DNA of 64,000 nt. It comes from Anaeromyxobacteraceae bacterium (lineage in GTDB: Bacteria; Myxococcota; Myxococcia; Myxococcales; Anaeromyxobacteraceae). This document shows positions 49,740 to 59,239 of the stretch, piece after piece (positions within the stretch are counted from its first letter, which is position 1; each line of letters starts with the position of its first letter). The stretch covers positions 896,001-960,000 of the forward strand of contig JASGHJ010000002.1 of the NCBI GenBank assembly GCA_047602405.1, written 5' to 3'. A program made the translations under genes and the position numbers. The notes under the pieces are model-generated. The model was given only the letters and a program-made list of their open reading frames with translations, was not told where the DNA came from and searched no databases.

Positions 49740-50268
49740 GGCCGCCCGCGCCGCGGAGGCGCTCGTCGAGCTCTTCACCTTTCGTGTGGACCGCGAGGAC
49801 TACGCCGTCGACATCCGGCGCGTGCGCGAGATCCTCCACCCGCTGCCCGTGACCCCGGTGCCGCGCGCCCCGGCGTTCGTCGAGGGCGTGGTCCGCCTGC
49901 GCGGCGACGTCCTCCCGGTCGTGGACGTCCGCAAGCGCTTCGGGCTGCCCCCGCTCCCGGAGGGGAAGCGCGGGAAGTTCCTCGTCGTGGCGGTCGGCGG
50001 GCGCCGGCTCGTCCTCGTCGTCGACCAGGTGGCCGAGGTGCTGCGGGTGCCGCGCTCGGACATCCGTCCGGCGCCCGCGTTCGCGACGCCCGGGCCCCGC
50101 TTCTTCCTCGGCGTCTGCGGCGGGGAGGGGAAGGCGGCCTCCGGCCGGCGGCCCGCGACCGCGAGCCGGATCCGGCTGCTCCTCAACGTGAAGGCGCTCC
50201 TCGAGCCCGAGACGCCCGGCGAGCTCGAGGCCGCCCGTGCCCAGGCCGAGGCGGCGAGGCGGGCATGA
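49729..50268 (+). CDS. cheW: CheW
   Basis: 'VPRAPAFVEGVVRLRGDVLPVVDVRKRFG'. Confidence 0.9.
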   Translation: MPAEAARAAEALVELFTFRVDREDYAVDIRRVREILHPLPVTPVPRAPAFVEGVVRLRGDVLPVVDVRKRFGLPPLPEGKRGKFLVVAVGGRRLVLVVDQVAEVLRVPRSDIRPAPAFATPGPRFFLGVCGGEGKAASGRRPATASRIRLLLNVKALLEPETPGELEAARAQAEAARRA

Positions 50269-52328
50269 CGGGCGACGGGGAGGCGCGGGCGCGCGCGGGG
50301 GACGAGGAGGCCCGCTACCGCGCGGTGACCGCGCTCGACCCGGCCGCGCCCGGCGGCCTGGCCGCGCTCCTCGCCGGCCTCGCCGACGACAGCTGGCGCG
50401 TCCGCGCCGCGGTGGTGGAGCGGCTCGCCTCTGCGGACCCGGACGCCGTGGTGGGGCCGCTCGCGGGCGCGCTCTCCTCGGAGGCCGGCATCGGCGCCCG
50501 CGACGCGGCCTCCGCCGCGCTCGTCCGCATCGGCGCCCCCGCGGTGCCGGCGCTGCTCGGCGCGCTCGGCGCCACGGACGCCGACCTCCGCCAGGCCGCG
50601 GTGCACACGCTCGGGCTCGTCGGCGATCGCCGCGCCGCGGGCCCGCTCGCGGGCGCGCTCGCCGACGCCGACCTCAACGTCCGGGCCGCGGCGGCGGAGG
50701 CGCTCGCGCGGGTGGGCGGCCCCGAGGCGGGCGCGGCGCTCCGCGGGCTCCTCGCCTCGGGCGACACCTCGCTGCGCCTCGCCGCCGTCGAGGGGCTCTC
50801 GGCGCTGGGGGTCTGGCCGGACGGCCTCGAGGTGAAGACGCTCCTCTCCGACCCCGCGCTGCGGCGGCCGGCGCTGCGCCTCCTCGGCGCGTGCGACGAC
50901 CCCGCGGCCGCGGCGCACGTCGCGGCCGGCCTGCTCGAGCGGTCGCGCTCCGCGCGCGAGGCGGCGCTCGCCGCGGTCGGGCGCCAGCGCTCCCGGCGCG
51001 GGCTCGCGGCCCTCGCGCCGCTCGCGGCGGCGGTCCGCGGCTGCCTGGGCGGCTCGCCCGCGGCGCTCGACGCCTGCGCCGAGGCGCTCGGCGCCGAGGA
51101 GCCCTGGGTCGCGATGGGCGCCCTCACCGTGCTCGGCTGGGCGGGGGCGCCGAGGCACGCCCGGCCGGCGCTGCGGCTCGCGGAGGACGAGCGCTACCGG
51201 GCGCTCGTCGAGGAGCTGCTCGCGTCGCTGCCGCAGGACGCCGAGCTCCGGATCGCGGTCGCCGACGCCCTGCCCGAGCTCGGCCCGGCCGCGCGCGTGG
51301 CGGGCCTCGCGGCGCTCGCGCGGCTCGGCAGCCCCGCGTCGCTCGAGAGCCTGGTGCGCGAGGCGTCGGATCCCGAGTCCTACGTGCAGGCGGACGCGGT
51401 GGCGGCGCTCGGCCGGATCGCCGACGCGCGCGTCATCTCGCCGCTCGCGGGCCTCCTCGGCGACGAGCAGCCCGCCGTGGCGGGCGTCGCCTCCGCGGCG
51501 CTCGTCGAGCTCGGCAAGGCCGGTGGCCCGGCCGCCGCCGCGACGCTCGCGGCCCTCCGCGCGCGCGCCGTCACCCGGCCCTCCGCGGCCCTCTACCGCG
51601 CCCTCGGGGCGCTCGGCGACGGCGACGACCTGCCCACCCTCGCGGGCGGGCTCGGCGCGGGCGAGACGGCCCGCCGCGCCGCGTCCGCCGCCGCGCTCGC
51701 GGCGCTCGCCGCCCGGGGCGTCCCGGCCGCCGGGCGGGCCATGCCGGCGCTCGTCGAGGCGCTCGGCGACGCGGCGTGGGCGGTGCGGGCCGCCGCGGCG
51801 AAGGCGCTCCTCGAGGTGGCCCGCGCCGAGACCGAGCGCGGGCGGCCGGCGCCAGCCGGGGCCGCGGCGCGGCTCGCCGCGGCGCTCGCCGACCCGGAGC
51901 CCGCGGTGCGGGCGGCCGCGGCCGAGGCGCTCGGGGCGGCCGGCGGGGCCGAGCACGAGGCCTCGCTCGGGCGGCTCGCCGAGGACGGCGGCGCCCCGGC
52001 GCAGGTGGTGGTGGCCGCGCTCCGGGCGCTCGCGGCCCGCGGGGCGCTCACTGCCGCGCGGCTGGTGCGGGCCTCGGCGCACGCGGATCCCGAGGTGGCG
52101 AAGGTCGCGGTCGCGGCCGCCGCGCCGCTCGCCGGACCGGACGCCGAGGCGGTCATCGTCTCGGCGGCGGACAGCGCCCGCTGGGACGTGCGGCGCGCCG
52201 CCGCGCTCGCACTCGCCGCCCGCGGCGACCGGGCGCTCGGCCCGCTCGCCCGGCGCCACGCCGCCGAGGACCCGGACCCGCTCGTCGCGCGCGCCTTCGC
52301 GGACGCCGCCCAGGCGCTGGAGCGCTGA
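50265..52328 (+). CDS. HEAT-repeat protein
   Basis: Repeated 'LAD....VR.AA..ALG' units. Confidence 0.85.
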   Translation: MTGDGEARARAGDEEARYRAVTALDPAAPGGLAALLAGLADDSWRVRAAVVERLASADPDAVVGPLAGALSSEAGIGARDAASAALVRIGAPAVPALLGALGATDADLRQAAVHTLGLVGDRRAAGPLAGALADADLNVRAAAAEALARVGGPEAGAALRGLLASGDTSLRLAAVEGLSALGVWPDGLEVKTLLSDPALRRPALRLLGACDDPAAAAHVAAGLLERSRSAREAALAAVGRQRSRRGLAALAPLAAAVRGCLGGSPAALDACAEALGAEEPWVAMGALTVLGWAGAPRHARPALRLAEDERYRALVEELLASLPQDAELRIAVADALPELGPAARVAGLAALARLGSPASLESLVREASDPESYVQADAVAALGRIADARVISPLAGLLGDEQPAVAGVASAALVELGKAGGPAAAATLAALRARAVTRPSAALYRALGALGDGDDLPTLAGGLGAGETARRAASAAALAALAARGVPAAGRAMPALVEALGDAAWAVRAAAAKALLEVARAETERGRPAPAGAAARLAAALADPEPAVRAAAAEALGAAGGAEHEASLGRLAEDGGAPAQVVVAALRALAARGALTAARLVRASAHADPEVAKVAVAAAAPLAGPDAEAVIVSAADSARWDVRRAAALALAARGDRALGPLARRHAAEDPDPLVARAFADAAQALER

Positions 52329-52330
52329 CC

Positions 52331-53212
52331 GTGTGGCGCCCGGACCCGACGACCCCGGTCCTCGACGAGCAGTCCTTCCGGCTGCTCCGCGATCTCGTGC
52401 ACCGCCACTCCGGGCTCTGGTTCCGCGACGACGCGATGTACCTCGTCGAGCGCCGGCTCGGGCCGCGCCTGCAGGCGCTGGGGCTCCGGGACTTCGAGGC
52501 CTACCACCAGCACCTCCTCTTCAGCCCGGAGCGCGCCGAGGAGCTCGAGGGGGCGGTGGAGCTGCTCACCACGAACGAGACGTACCTCTACCGGGAGCCC
52601 CTCCAGCTCCAGGCGTTCCGCACCGAGATCCTCCCGCGCGTGGCGCGCGAGCTCGCGGGGCGGCGCCAGCTGCGGATCCTCTCGGCGGGCTGCTCGACCG
52701 GCGAGGAGCCCTACACGATCGCGGTGCTCGTGAAGGAGTCGAGGCTCTTCGCGGGGTGGGACGTCGAGATCGTCGGCGCCGACCTCTCCCGCCGCTGCAT
52801 CGCCCAGGCGAAGCTGGGCGCCTACCCGGAGAGCGCCTTCCGGTCGCCCGAGGCGGAGGTGCTCCGCCCGTGGTTCGAGCTCCGCGGTGGGAAGTGGATC
52901 GTCGCGGAGGAGCTGCGCCGCTCGGTGCGCTTCGTCCGCGAGAACCTCGTCGCCCCCCGGGCGCTCTCCACCGTGGGGCTCCTCGACGTCGTCCTCTGCC
53001 GCAACGTGCTCATCTACTTCGACGCCGACGCGCGCAAGCGGGCGCTCCGCCGGCTCTACGAGCGCATGCGCGGCGGGGGCTGGCTGCTCCTCGGCCACTC
53101 CGAGTCGCTCCTCGGCTCCACCGCCGACTTCGAGCTCGAGCACCTCCGGGAGGACCTCGTGTACCGCCGCCCGGCCGGGCCGGTGGGCGCCGGGCCGGAG
53201 GATGGCGCGTGA
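52331..53212 (+). CDS. cheR: Chemotaxis methyltransferase CheR
   Basis: 'TTNETYLYRE', 'SAGCSTGEEPY', 'CRNVLIYFD' and 'LGHSE'. Confidence 0.94.
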   Translation: MWRPDPTTPVLDEQSFRLLRDLVHRHSGLWFRDDAMYLVERRLGPRLQALGLRDFEAYHQHLLFSPERAEELEGAVELLTTNETYLYREPLQLQAFRTEILPRVARELAGRRQLRILSAGCSTGEEPYTIAVLVKESRLFAGWDVEIVGADLSRRCIAQAKLGAYPESAFRSPEAEVLRPWFELRGGKWIVAEELRRSVRFVRENLVAPRALSTVGLLDVVLCRNVLIYFDADARKRALRRLYERMRGGGWLLLGHSESLLGSTADFELEHLREDLVYRRPAGPVGAGPEDGA

Positions 53213-54268
53213 GGCGCGCCTCGCGCCGCGGACCGGTGAAGGTCCTCATCGTCGACGACTCCGAGGCGAGCCGCTCGGCGATCGAGGCGATGCTGGCGGA
53301 GCGGCCCGGCCTCTCGGTGATCGGCCACGCGAGCGACGGCGAGGAGGCGCTCCGCGCGGCGGTGCGGCTCGCGCCCGACCTCGTGGTGCTCGACCTGCAG
53401 ATGCCGCGGATGGACGGGTTCACGTTCCTCCGGCTCCTCATGGCGCAGCGGCCGGTGCCGGTGATCGTGGTCTCGGCGCAGGCGCAGCGGCAGGACGTCT
53501 TCAAGGCGCTCGAGCTCGGGGCGCTCGACTTCGTGGCGAAGCCCGAGGCGCGCACCCCGCTCGAGGAAGATCCGCGCCGAGCTCGTCGAGAAGTGCGAGA
53601 CGCTGGGGCTCCTCACGGCGCCGCGGACCTCCGGCCGGCGCGGGGCGGCGGCGGGCCAGGGCCACCGCGCCACGGCCACGGTGGAACCGCCCCGGGTGGT
53701 CGTGGTGGGCGCCTCGACCGGCGGGCCGCAGGCGGTCCAGACGCTCCTCGAGTCCATCCCGGCGGCGGTGCCGCTCGCGATGCTCCTCGCGCAGCACATG
53801 CCCGAGAAGTTCACCGCCACGTTCGCCGACCGGCTGTCGCGCCGCTCGTCCTTCAGCGTGCGGGAGGCAGAGGACGGCGACGTGGTCGCGGTCGGGCGGG
53901 TGCTCGTCGCGCCCGGCGGCCGCCACCTCGAGCTCGCGCGCGACGCCGGCGGGGTGCTGCGCGCGGCGGTCCTCCCTGGTGAGCGCGAGCGCGGCCGCTA
54001 CTGCCCCTCGGTCGACCGCCTCTTCACCTCGGCGGCGGCGCTCCTCGGCCCTCGCGTCTGCGCGGCCGTGCTCACCGGCATGGGCAACGACGGCGAGGCG
54101 GGCGTGCGGGCGGTGCGGGCGGCCGGCGGGCTCACCCTGGCCGAGTCGGAGGCCAGCGCCGTGGTATACGGGATGCCGCTCGCCGCGGTGGAGACCGGGG
54201 CGGTGGCCGAGGTGCTCGGCCTGGAGGCCCTCGCCGCGCGCCTGGCGCGCTTCGCGCGGGGGGAGTGA
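53209..54268 (+). CDS. cheB: Chemotaxis methylesterase CheB; +1 frameshift at ~53568
   Basis: REC domain, then 'GASTGG', 'QHMP' and 'LTGMGNDG' in the next frame. Confidence 0.9.
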
Positions 54269-54273
54269 GACCG

Positions 54274-54663
54274 ATGGCCCGCTGGCGCGCCCTCATCGTC
54301 GACGACAGCCCCTCCATGCGGAGGCAGCTGTTCCACGCGCTCCGGCGGGTGGGCGAGCTCGACGCGGTCGAGGCGACCGACGGCGCGGACGCCTGGCGCA
54401 AGCTCGCCGGCGCCAAGTTCGACCTCGTCCTCACCGACGTCAACATGCCCATCCTCGACGGGCTGAAGCTCGTCTCGATGGTGCGCTCCGGGGGCGCCCA
54501 CCAGGACACCCCCGTCGTCGTCATCACCACCGAGGGGGCGGAGGCCGACCGGCAGCGCGCAATGCGGCTCGGCGCGACGGCCTACCTCGTGAAGCCGGTG
54601 CAGGCGCAGCAGGTCATCGAGACGGTGCGGGCGCTCCTGCCGCCCACGGGCGCCGCGCCGTGA
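54274..54663 (+). CDS. cheY: CheY-like receiver
   Basis: 'IVDDS', 'TDVNMPILDG' and 'YLVKP'. Confidence 0.9.
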   Translation: MARWRALIVDDSPSMRRQLFHALRRVGELDAVEATDGADAWRKLAGAKFDLVLTDVNMPILDGLKLVSMVRSGGAHQDTPVVVITTEGAEADRQRAMRLGATAYLVKPVQAQQVIETVRALLPPTGAAP

Positions 54664-55304
54664 GCATCCCCCTCGAGGCCATCCGCCGCGCCTACGACGC
54701 CGTCGCCCCCGGCTACGCCGAGCGGTTCCGCGACGAGCTGGATCTCAAGCCCCTCGACCGCGCCATGCTCCAGGTCTTCGCGGAGCGCGTGCGCGGCAAG
54801 GGCGTCGTCGCCGACGTCGGCGCCGGCCCGGGCCAGGTGGTGCGCCACCTCCACGGCCTCGGCGTCGAGGCGGTGGGCGTCGACCTCTCGCCCGCGATGG
54901 TCGAGGAGGCGCGCCGGCTCTCCGGCGGCGTCCCCGTGCAGTTCCGGGTCGGCAACTTCCTCGCGCTCGACGTCGCCGACGGCGCGCTCGCGGGGGCGAC
55001 CGCCTTCTACGCGCACGTGCACATCCCCGCGCACCAGCTGCACGGCGCCTTCACCGAGCTCCACCGGGTGCTGCGGCCGGGGTCGCCGGCGCTGCTCGCC
55101 TTCCACGTCGGCGACGAGAAGCTCGAGCTCACCCAGTGGTTCGACAAGGCCGTGAAGCTCGAGTTCCACTTCCACACCTGGGACGCCTTCGCCGGCGGGC
55201 TCCGCGACACCGGGTTCGCCGTGGAGGCGAAGCTCGAGCGCTACCCGTACGCGCCGCTCGAGCACCCGTCGATGCGCGGGTACGTGCTGGCGCGGCGGGA
55301 GTGA
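54660..55304 (+). CDS. Class I SAM-dependent methyltransferase
   Basis: 'ADVGAGPG', 'GVDLSPAM' and 'RVLRPG'. Confidence 0.88.
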   Translation: MSIPLEAIRRAYDAVAPGYAERFRDELDLKPLDRAMLQVFAERVRGKGVVADVGAGPGQVVRHLHGLGVEAVGVDLSPAMVEEARRLSGGVPVQFRVGNFLALDVADGALAGATAFYAHVHIPAHQLHGAFTELHRVLRPGSPALLAFHVGDEKLELTQWFDKAVKLEFHFHTWDAFAGGLRDTGFAVEAKLERYPYAPLEHPSMRGYVLARRE

Positions 55305-55524
55305 GGGCGCTGCGCCCCCGGCGTCCCTCGTCACGGTGAGTGGAGGCGGCGCTCGTCGGCGTTCAGCGGGTCGATCGATGACAACCTGGCATTCCCAGGA
55401 ACGGCGGGTGGTTGAAAGAACAAATTGGCCGGTTCAGCCGGCTGAACCAGACCCCTGGGAGGTATCGCGCCCGAGGTGACCGAGCAGGCCGCGTCCTCGA
55501 GGCGGGCCCGCTCGCGAGCGGCGG

Positions 55525-55977
55525 TCACGGCTCCCACCGCATCCGCACGTCCGGCTCCCGCTCCTCGTTGCCGCTCCCGTCGGTCCGCTCCACCTCGCGG
55601 AAGCCCCGCGCGGCATAGAACGCCCGCGCGGTCGCGTTGCGCTCGAAGGTCCAGAGCTCGAGCGGCTCGCCGCGGGCGGTCGCGAGGGCGAGGAGCGCCG
55701 AGCCGACGCCGGCGCCGCGCGCGGCAGGCGCGACGTACAGGTGTTCGACCTCGCCCCCGCCGAACGCGATGAAGCCGAGCAGGGCGCCGGCGGCGTCCTC
55801 GGCGAGCCAGACCTCGCGGCGGACCGGGACCACGTGCGCGAAGAAGGCGACGGTCTCGTCGTGGCCGTGCACGGCCACGAGCCACGGCATCGCGGCGGCC
55901 CGGGAGGCCTCGAAGAGCGACGCGACGGCCGGGGCGTCGCGGGGATCGAAGCGGCGGAGCCGCGGGGTGACGCTCAC
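55525..55977 (-). CDS. GNAT N-acetyltransferase
   Basis: 'HLYVAPAARGAGVGSALL' and 'N..ARAFY..RGF...NEEREPD'. Confidence 0.88.
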   Translation of the reverse strand: MSVTPRLRRFDPRDAPAVASLFEASRAAAMPWLVAVHGHDETVAFFAHVVPVRREVWLAEDAAGALLGFIAFGGGEVEHLYVAPAARGAGVGSALLALATARGEPLELWTFERNATARAFYAARGFREVERTDGSGNEEREPDVRMRWEP

Positions 55978-56354
55978 CGCAGCCCTCGCACGCCGCCCGC
56001 GTCGTCGTCGCCCTCGCCTTCCCAGACGGCGAACCGGTTCACCTGCCGCGCGAGGCTGGGCCAGTCGGGGCCGGTGCAGCGCTCGACCTCGCGCGCGAGG
56101 AGCGCCTTGATCTTCGGGAGGTCCCAGCCGAAGACGACCAGGAGCCCCCGGCCCAGCACCGCGCCGCGCCGGTGGTCGCGCTCCTTCAGCCACGCCGGCG
56201 TCGCGGCGAGCAGCCGGAACCGCTCCCGGCCGCGCTGTCCGAGCACGCCGACCTGCAGCACGAGGGGCAGGCCGAAGCGCTCGGGGTCCGGCGGGCTCCA
56301 GCCGGCGAGGTCGTCGATGCCCTCGGCCTCGAGGGTCTTCAGGCGGGCGCGCAT
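55974..56354 (-). CDS. Imm8-like immunity protein
   Basis: 'W.P.DPERF...VG..G..G.E.F....TP.WL...GRGLLVV...C.G.DW..LA..V.R...WE' pattern. Confidence 0.7.
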   Translation of the reverse strand: MRARLKTLEAEGIDDLAGWSPPDPERFGLPLVLQVGVLGQRGRERFRLLAATPAWLKERDHRRGAVLGRGLLVVFGWDLPKIKALLAREVERCTGPDWPSLARQVNRFAVWEGEGDDDAGGVRGLR

Positions 56355-56493
56355 GCGGTGGAGCCGAGGTTGCCACGAAACCCGGTTGGCAGGAGCGGCC
56401 CGAGGTGGTCTGCTCCCGATTTCACCCGCCCGCCGACGCCTCGGCGAAGCAGCACGAACACCGAAGTCATCCACCCACCCGGAGGAGCTCGCC

Positions 56494-56775
56494 GTGAACC
56501 TGCGCACGCTCGCTGCACTCGCCGTCCTCGCGCTGTCGTCCCTCGCCTTCGCCGCCGAGCCGGCGGCCCCCGCCGCGGACGCCGCGAAGGAGGCGACCGC
56601 CAAGGCCGCCACCACGAAGGAGAAGGCGAAGGGCAAGGCCAAGAAGGCCGGCAACGCCGCCGTCGACAAGGCCGCCACGAAGGCCCCGGCCGCCGCCGCG
56701 GGCGCCGCGAAGGACGCCGGGCACAAGGGCGTCGAGAAGGGCGTCGACGCGGCGGCCGACAAGGTCGCGAAGTAG
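56494..56775 (+). CDS. Small secreted Ala/Lys-rich protein
   Basis: GGAGGAG RBS, signal peptide ending AFA, low-complexity body. Confidence 0.7.
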   Translation: MNLRTLAALAVLALSSLAFAAEPAAPAADAAKEATAKAATTKEKAKGKAKKAGNAAVDKAATKAPAAAAGAAKDAGHKGVEKGVDAAADKVAK

Positions 56776-56833
56776 GGTCGCGCAGTAAGGCGCGATGTAG
56801 GGCCGCGGGCGCGGGGCGAACCCCGCGCGGACG

Positions 56834-57235
56834 TCAGCGCCCGAGCCGCACCACCCGCACCGCGGCACCGCGCGCCCGGGCGTCGGCGACCACCTCGAGG
56901 AACGTGCGGGCCGTCTCCGGCTCCCGCTCCTCGAGGAGGTCGAGCCCCGCGAACAGGAGCGCCCGGCCGCGCGCGGGCGCGGCGGGTGGCTCCGCGAGCA
57001 CGTCGACGAGCGCGTCCCAGTTGAAGCCGAACCAGGCCGGGAACCGGCAGGCCTGGTAGAGCGCGTGCAGGAGGGTGGCCCGGTCGAACACCGGCGCCCG
57101 GTCGACGCGCACCGCCTCCCAGCGATCGGCCTCGAGGCGCGCCGCGAGCGCCGCCTCCGGGGCGGACGCGCGGACGGCGGCGTCGCCGCCCGCGCCGGTG
57201 ATCCGCGCCGCCAGCTTCTCGAGGTCGGCCTTCAT
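56834..57235 (-). CDS. Barstar-family RNase inhibitor
   Basis: 'LYQACRFPAWFGFNWDALVDVL'. Confidence 0.88.
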   Translation of the reverse strand: MKADLEKLAARITGAGGDAAVRASAPEAALAARLEADRWEAVRVDRAPVFDRATLLHALYQACRFPAWFGFNWDALVDVLAEPPAAPARGRALLFAGLDLLEEREPETARTFLEVVADARARGAAVRVVRLGR

Positions 57236-57717
57236 CAGCGCACCCGCCGGAACGAGCGGTAGTGGTCGGAGGTGTAGTAGGCCTCGCCGGCGTCGCCGAG
57301 CACGAGCCGCTGCGGGCCGACCTGGCGCAGCCCGGGCGTGCGCACGACGTACTCGTGCCAGTAGCCGCGCGGCCTCGCCGGCAGCCGGCCCTCGCGGTTC
57401 TGGAAGACGGTGCCGTCGTCGCGGTGCGGGTCGCGCTCCCCGCGCTCGATGCGGGCGAGCACCGGCGTGAGGTCCACGTCGCCGCGCCAGGCCACCCGCC
57501 CGTCGAGGTCGCGGACCTCCACGTCGCGGACCAGCAGGGCCGGCGCCGCGCGCGGCGGGGCCTCCCCGCGCGGCGGCGAAGCGACCGGGGGCGTGCGCGG
57601 GGCGGGGAGGGTGGCCGGAGGCGGTGGCGCCGCGGCGGGGCGGTAGGTCGTGAGGAAGCGCCCCGCGCCGAGCGCGAGGGTGAGGACGCCGAGGAGGACG
57701 GAGACGGCGCGTTTCAT
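57235..57717 (-). CDS. Exported guanyl-specific ribonuclease (RNase Sa/barnase family)
   Basis: 'DGTVFQNREGRLP...YWHEYVVRTPG...RLV...YYTSDHYRSF'; N-terminal signal or TM. Confidence 0.9.
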   Translation of the reverse strand: MKRAVSVLLGVLTLALGAGRFLTTYRPAAAPPPPATLPAPRTPPVASPPRGEAPPRAAPALLVRDVEVRDLDGRVAWRGDVDLTPVLARIERGERDPHRDDGTVFQNREGRLPARPRGYWHEYVVRTPGLRQVGPQRLVLGDAGEAYYTSDHYRSFRRVR

Positions 57718-57786
57718 GGAGCGTCCGGAAAGGAAGACGGCGGACCGGCATGATAGCCCGGCCCGCCGTCATCCGCCTTCGCTCAC

Positions 57787-59014
57787 TCAGAAGGACATCG
57801 AAGCGCCGAGGTCCACGGAGATTCTGGCTCATCTTCGTCTCGTACGCGGAGATGCCCTGGAGCGCCTGGGCGCCCGCGAGCTTCGCCTCGGGCGAGTAGA
57901 CCGCCGCGGCGTTCACGGCCACGGGGCCGACCTTCACCTGCAGGCCCGCCGTGTAGTGGTTCTCGGCGATCGCCGGGAAGGCGATGTTCTCGAACGCGCG
58001 GGACGCGTCGAGCGGCATCTTGCCGTGGTTGTAGCCGACCCGGAGCTTCACGAGCGGGAACACCGGCAGCTCGGCGCCGACCTTGAGGACCAGCTGGTCG
58101 TCCCAGCTCAGGTCGAACGGCATCCCGCCCGTCAGGTTCGGGTCGGTGGAGAACTTCGGCTGGCCCTTGCCGTTCGTCTGGCTCCAGAAGATGTACTCGA
58201 GGTCGGCGGCGACCGTGAAGCCGGGGAGCGGCCTCACCATCGCGCCGATCGTGGCGACCGCCGGCTGGTCGAAGGCCAGCTTCTCCTTGCCGCCCGGGAC
58301 CTGGAACGCGCCCTGCTGCGTCTGGAGCGTGTGCGCGGGGATGTCGAACTCGAAGTCCTTGAAGTTCGACTTCGTCTCGTAGGCGGCGCCGATCGTGACG
58401 ATCGGGAGCGGCGACCACTGCAGGCCGATCGTCGCGCCGATGCCCAGGGCGCCCGCCTGGTCGCGGGGCTGCATGCCCGACGCGCCCGCGACCGCGTACT
58501 CCATCATCGCGTAGCCCGCGTTGAGGGTGAGGCCCGCCGAGAGCCCCGCGGGCAGCTTCATCGCGACGCCCGGGGCGACCCGGAGCTGCATGTACGAGGT
58601 CTTGGTCGTCGAGCCGTAGAGATCGGCGGGGTACTCGACGCCCATGCCGGCGGCGCCCACGACGCCGACGCCGAAGGCGAGCCCGTCGCCGAGGGGCATC
58701 GAGAAGGCGATCGTCGGGATGTACGAGGCGGGGCGGGTGGACTCCTGCTCCTGGCCGCTCGCCCCGCCGCTCGCCGAGTACTTCACGGTCGGATCGAAGT
58801 AGGTGACCCCCACGTCGAGCCTGAGGCCGGTCTCGGTGAGGCCGGCGGGGTTCGTGACGACGGTGACGGCGTCGAGGGGGGCGCCGACCGAGGCGCCGCC
58901 CATCGCGTTCTGGGTGGGACCGAAGCCGATCATCCGCATGCCGTTCGTGGCCGCGGCGGGGCCGGCGGCGAGGACGAGGGCGAGGGCGACGGCGTACTTC
59001 TTCACGCTGCGCAT
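57787..59014 (-). CDS. FadL/OmpP1-family outer-membrane transporter; +1 frameshift at ~57822
   Basis: Signal peptide, 'TNGMRMIGFG...AMGGA...NPAGL'. The corrected end 'SQISVDLGASMSF' has the terminal Phe of a beta-barrel. Confidence 0.85.
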
Positions 59015-59239
59015 GGTGTGGAACTCCGGGTTGAGGTGGACGCCGTGAGGAGAGAGCGGGGCGGCGGGATTCCGGTTCGCCCTCCGGAGCCCCGTTCGCC
59101 CCGTGGCGAACAAAGCCTCGTGGTTCCGGTATGTTGCCGTGCTGCGGTTTGGCGCCGCACACCGCCGCTCCGGGGGAGGCCGGGCGGCGGGACCAAATGG
59201 AGACGCCGCCCCGGGGCCTCCGTTAAACTCCCGCCCCTC

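Noticed and set aside
55340..55500. 6S RNA, SRP RNA, tmRNA or retron msr-msd
   Set aside because: Lacks their signature motifs and usual context, and no reverse transcriptase is nearby; kept only as an unassigned candidate.
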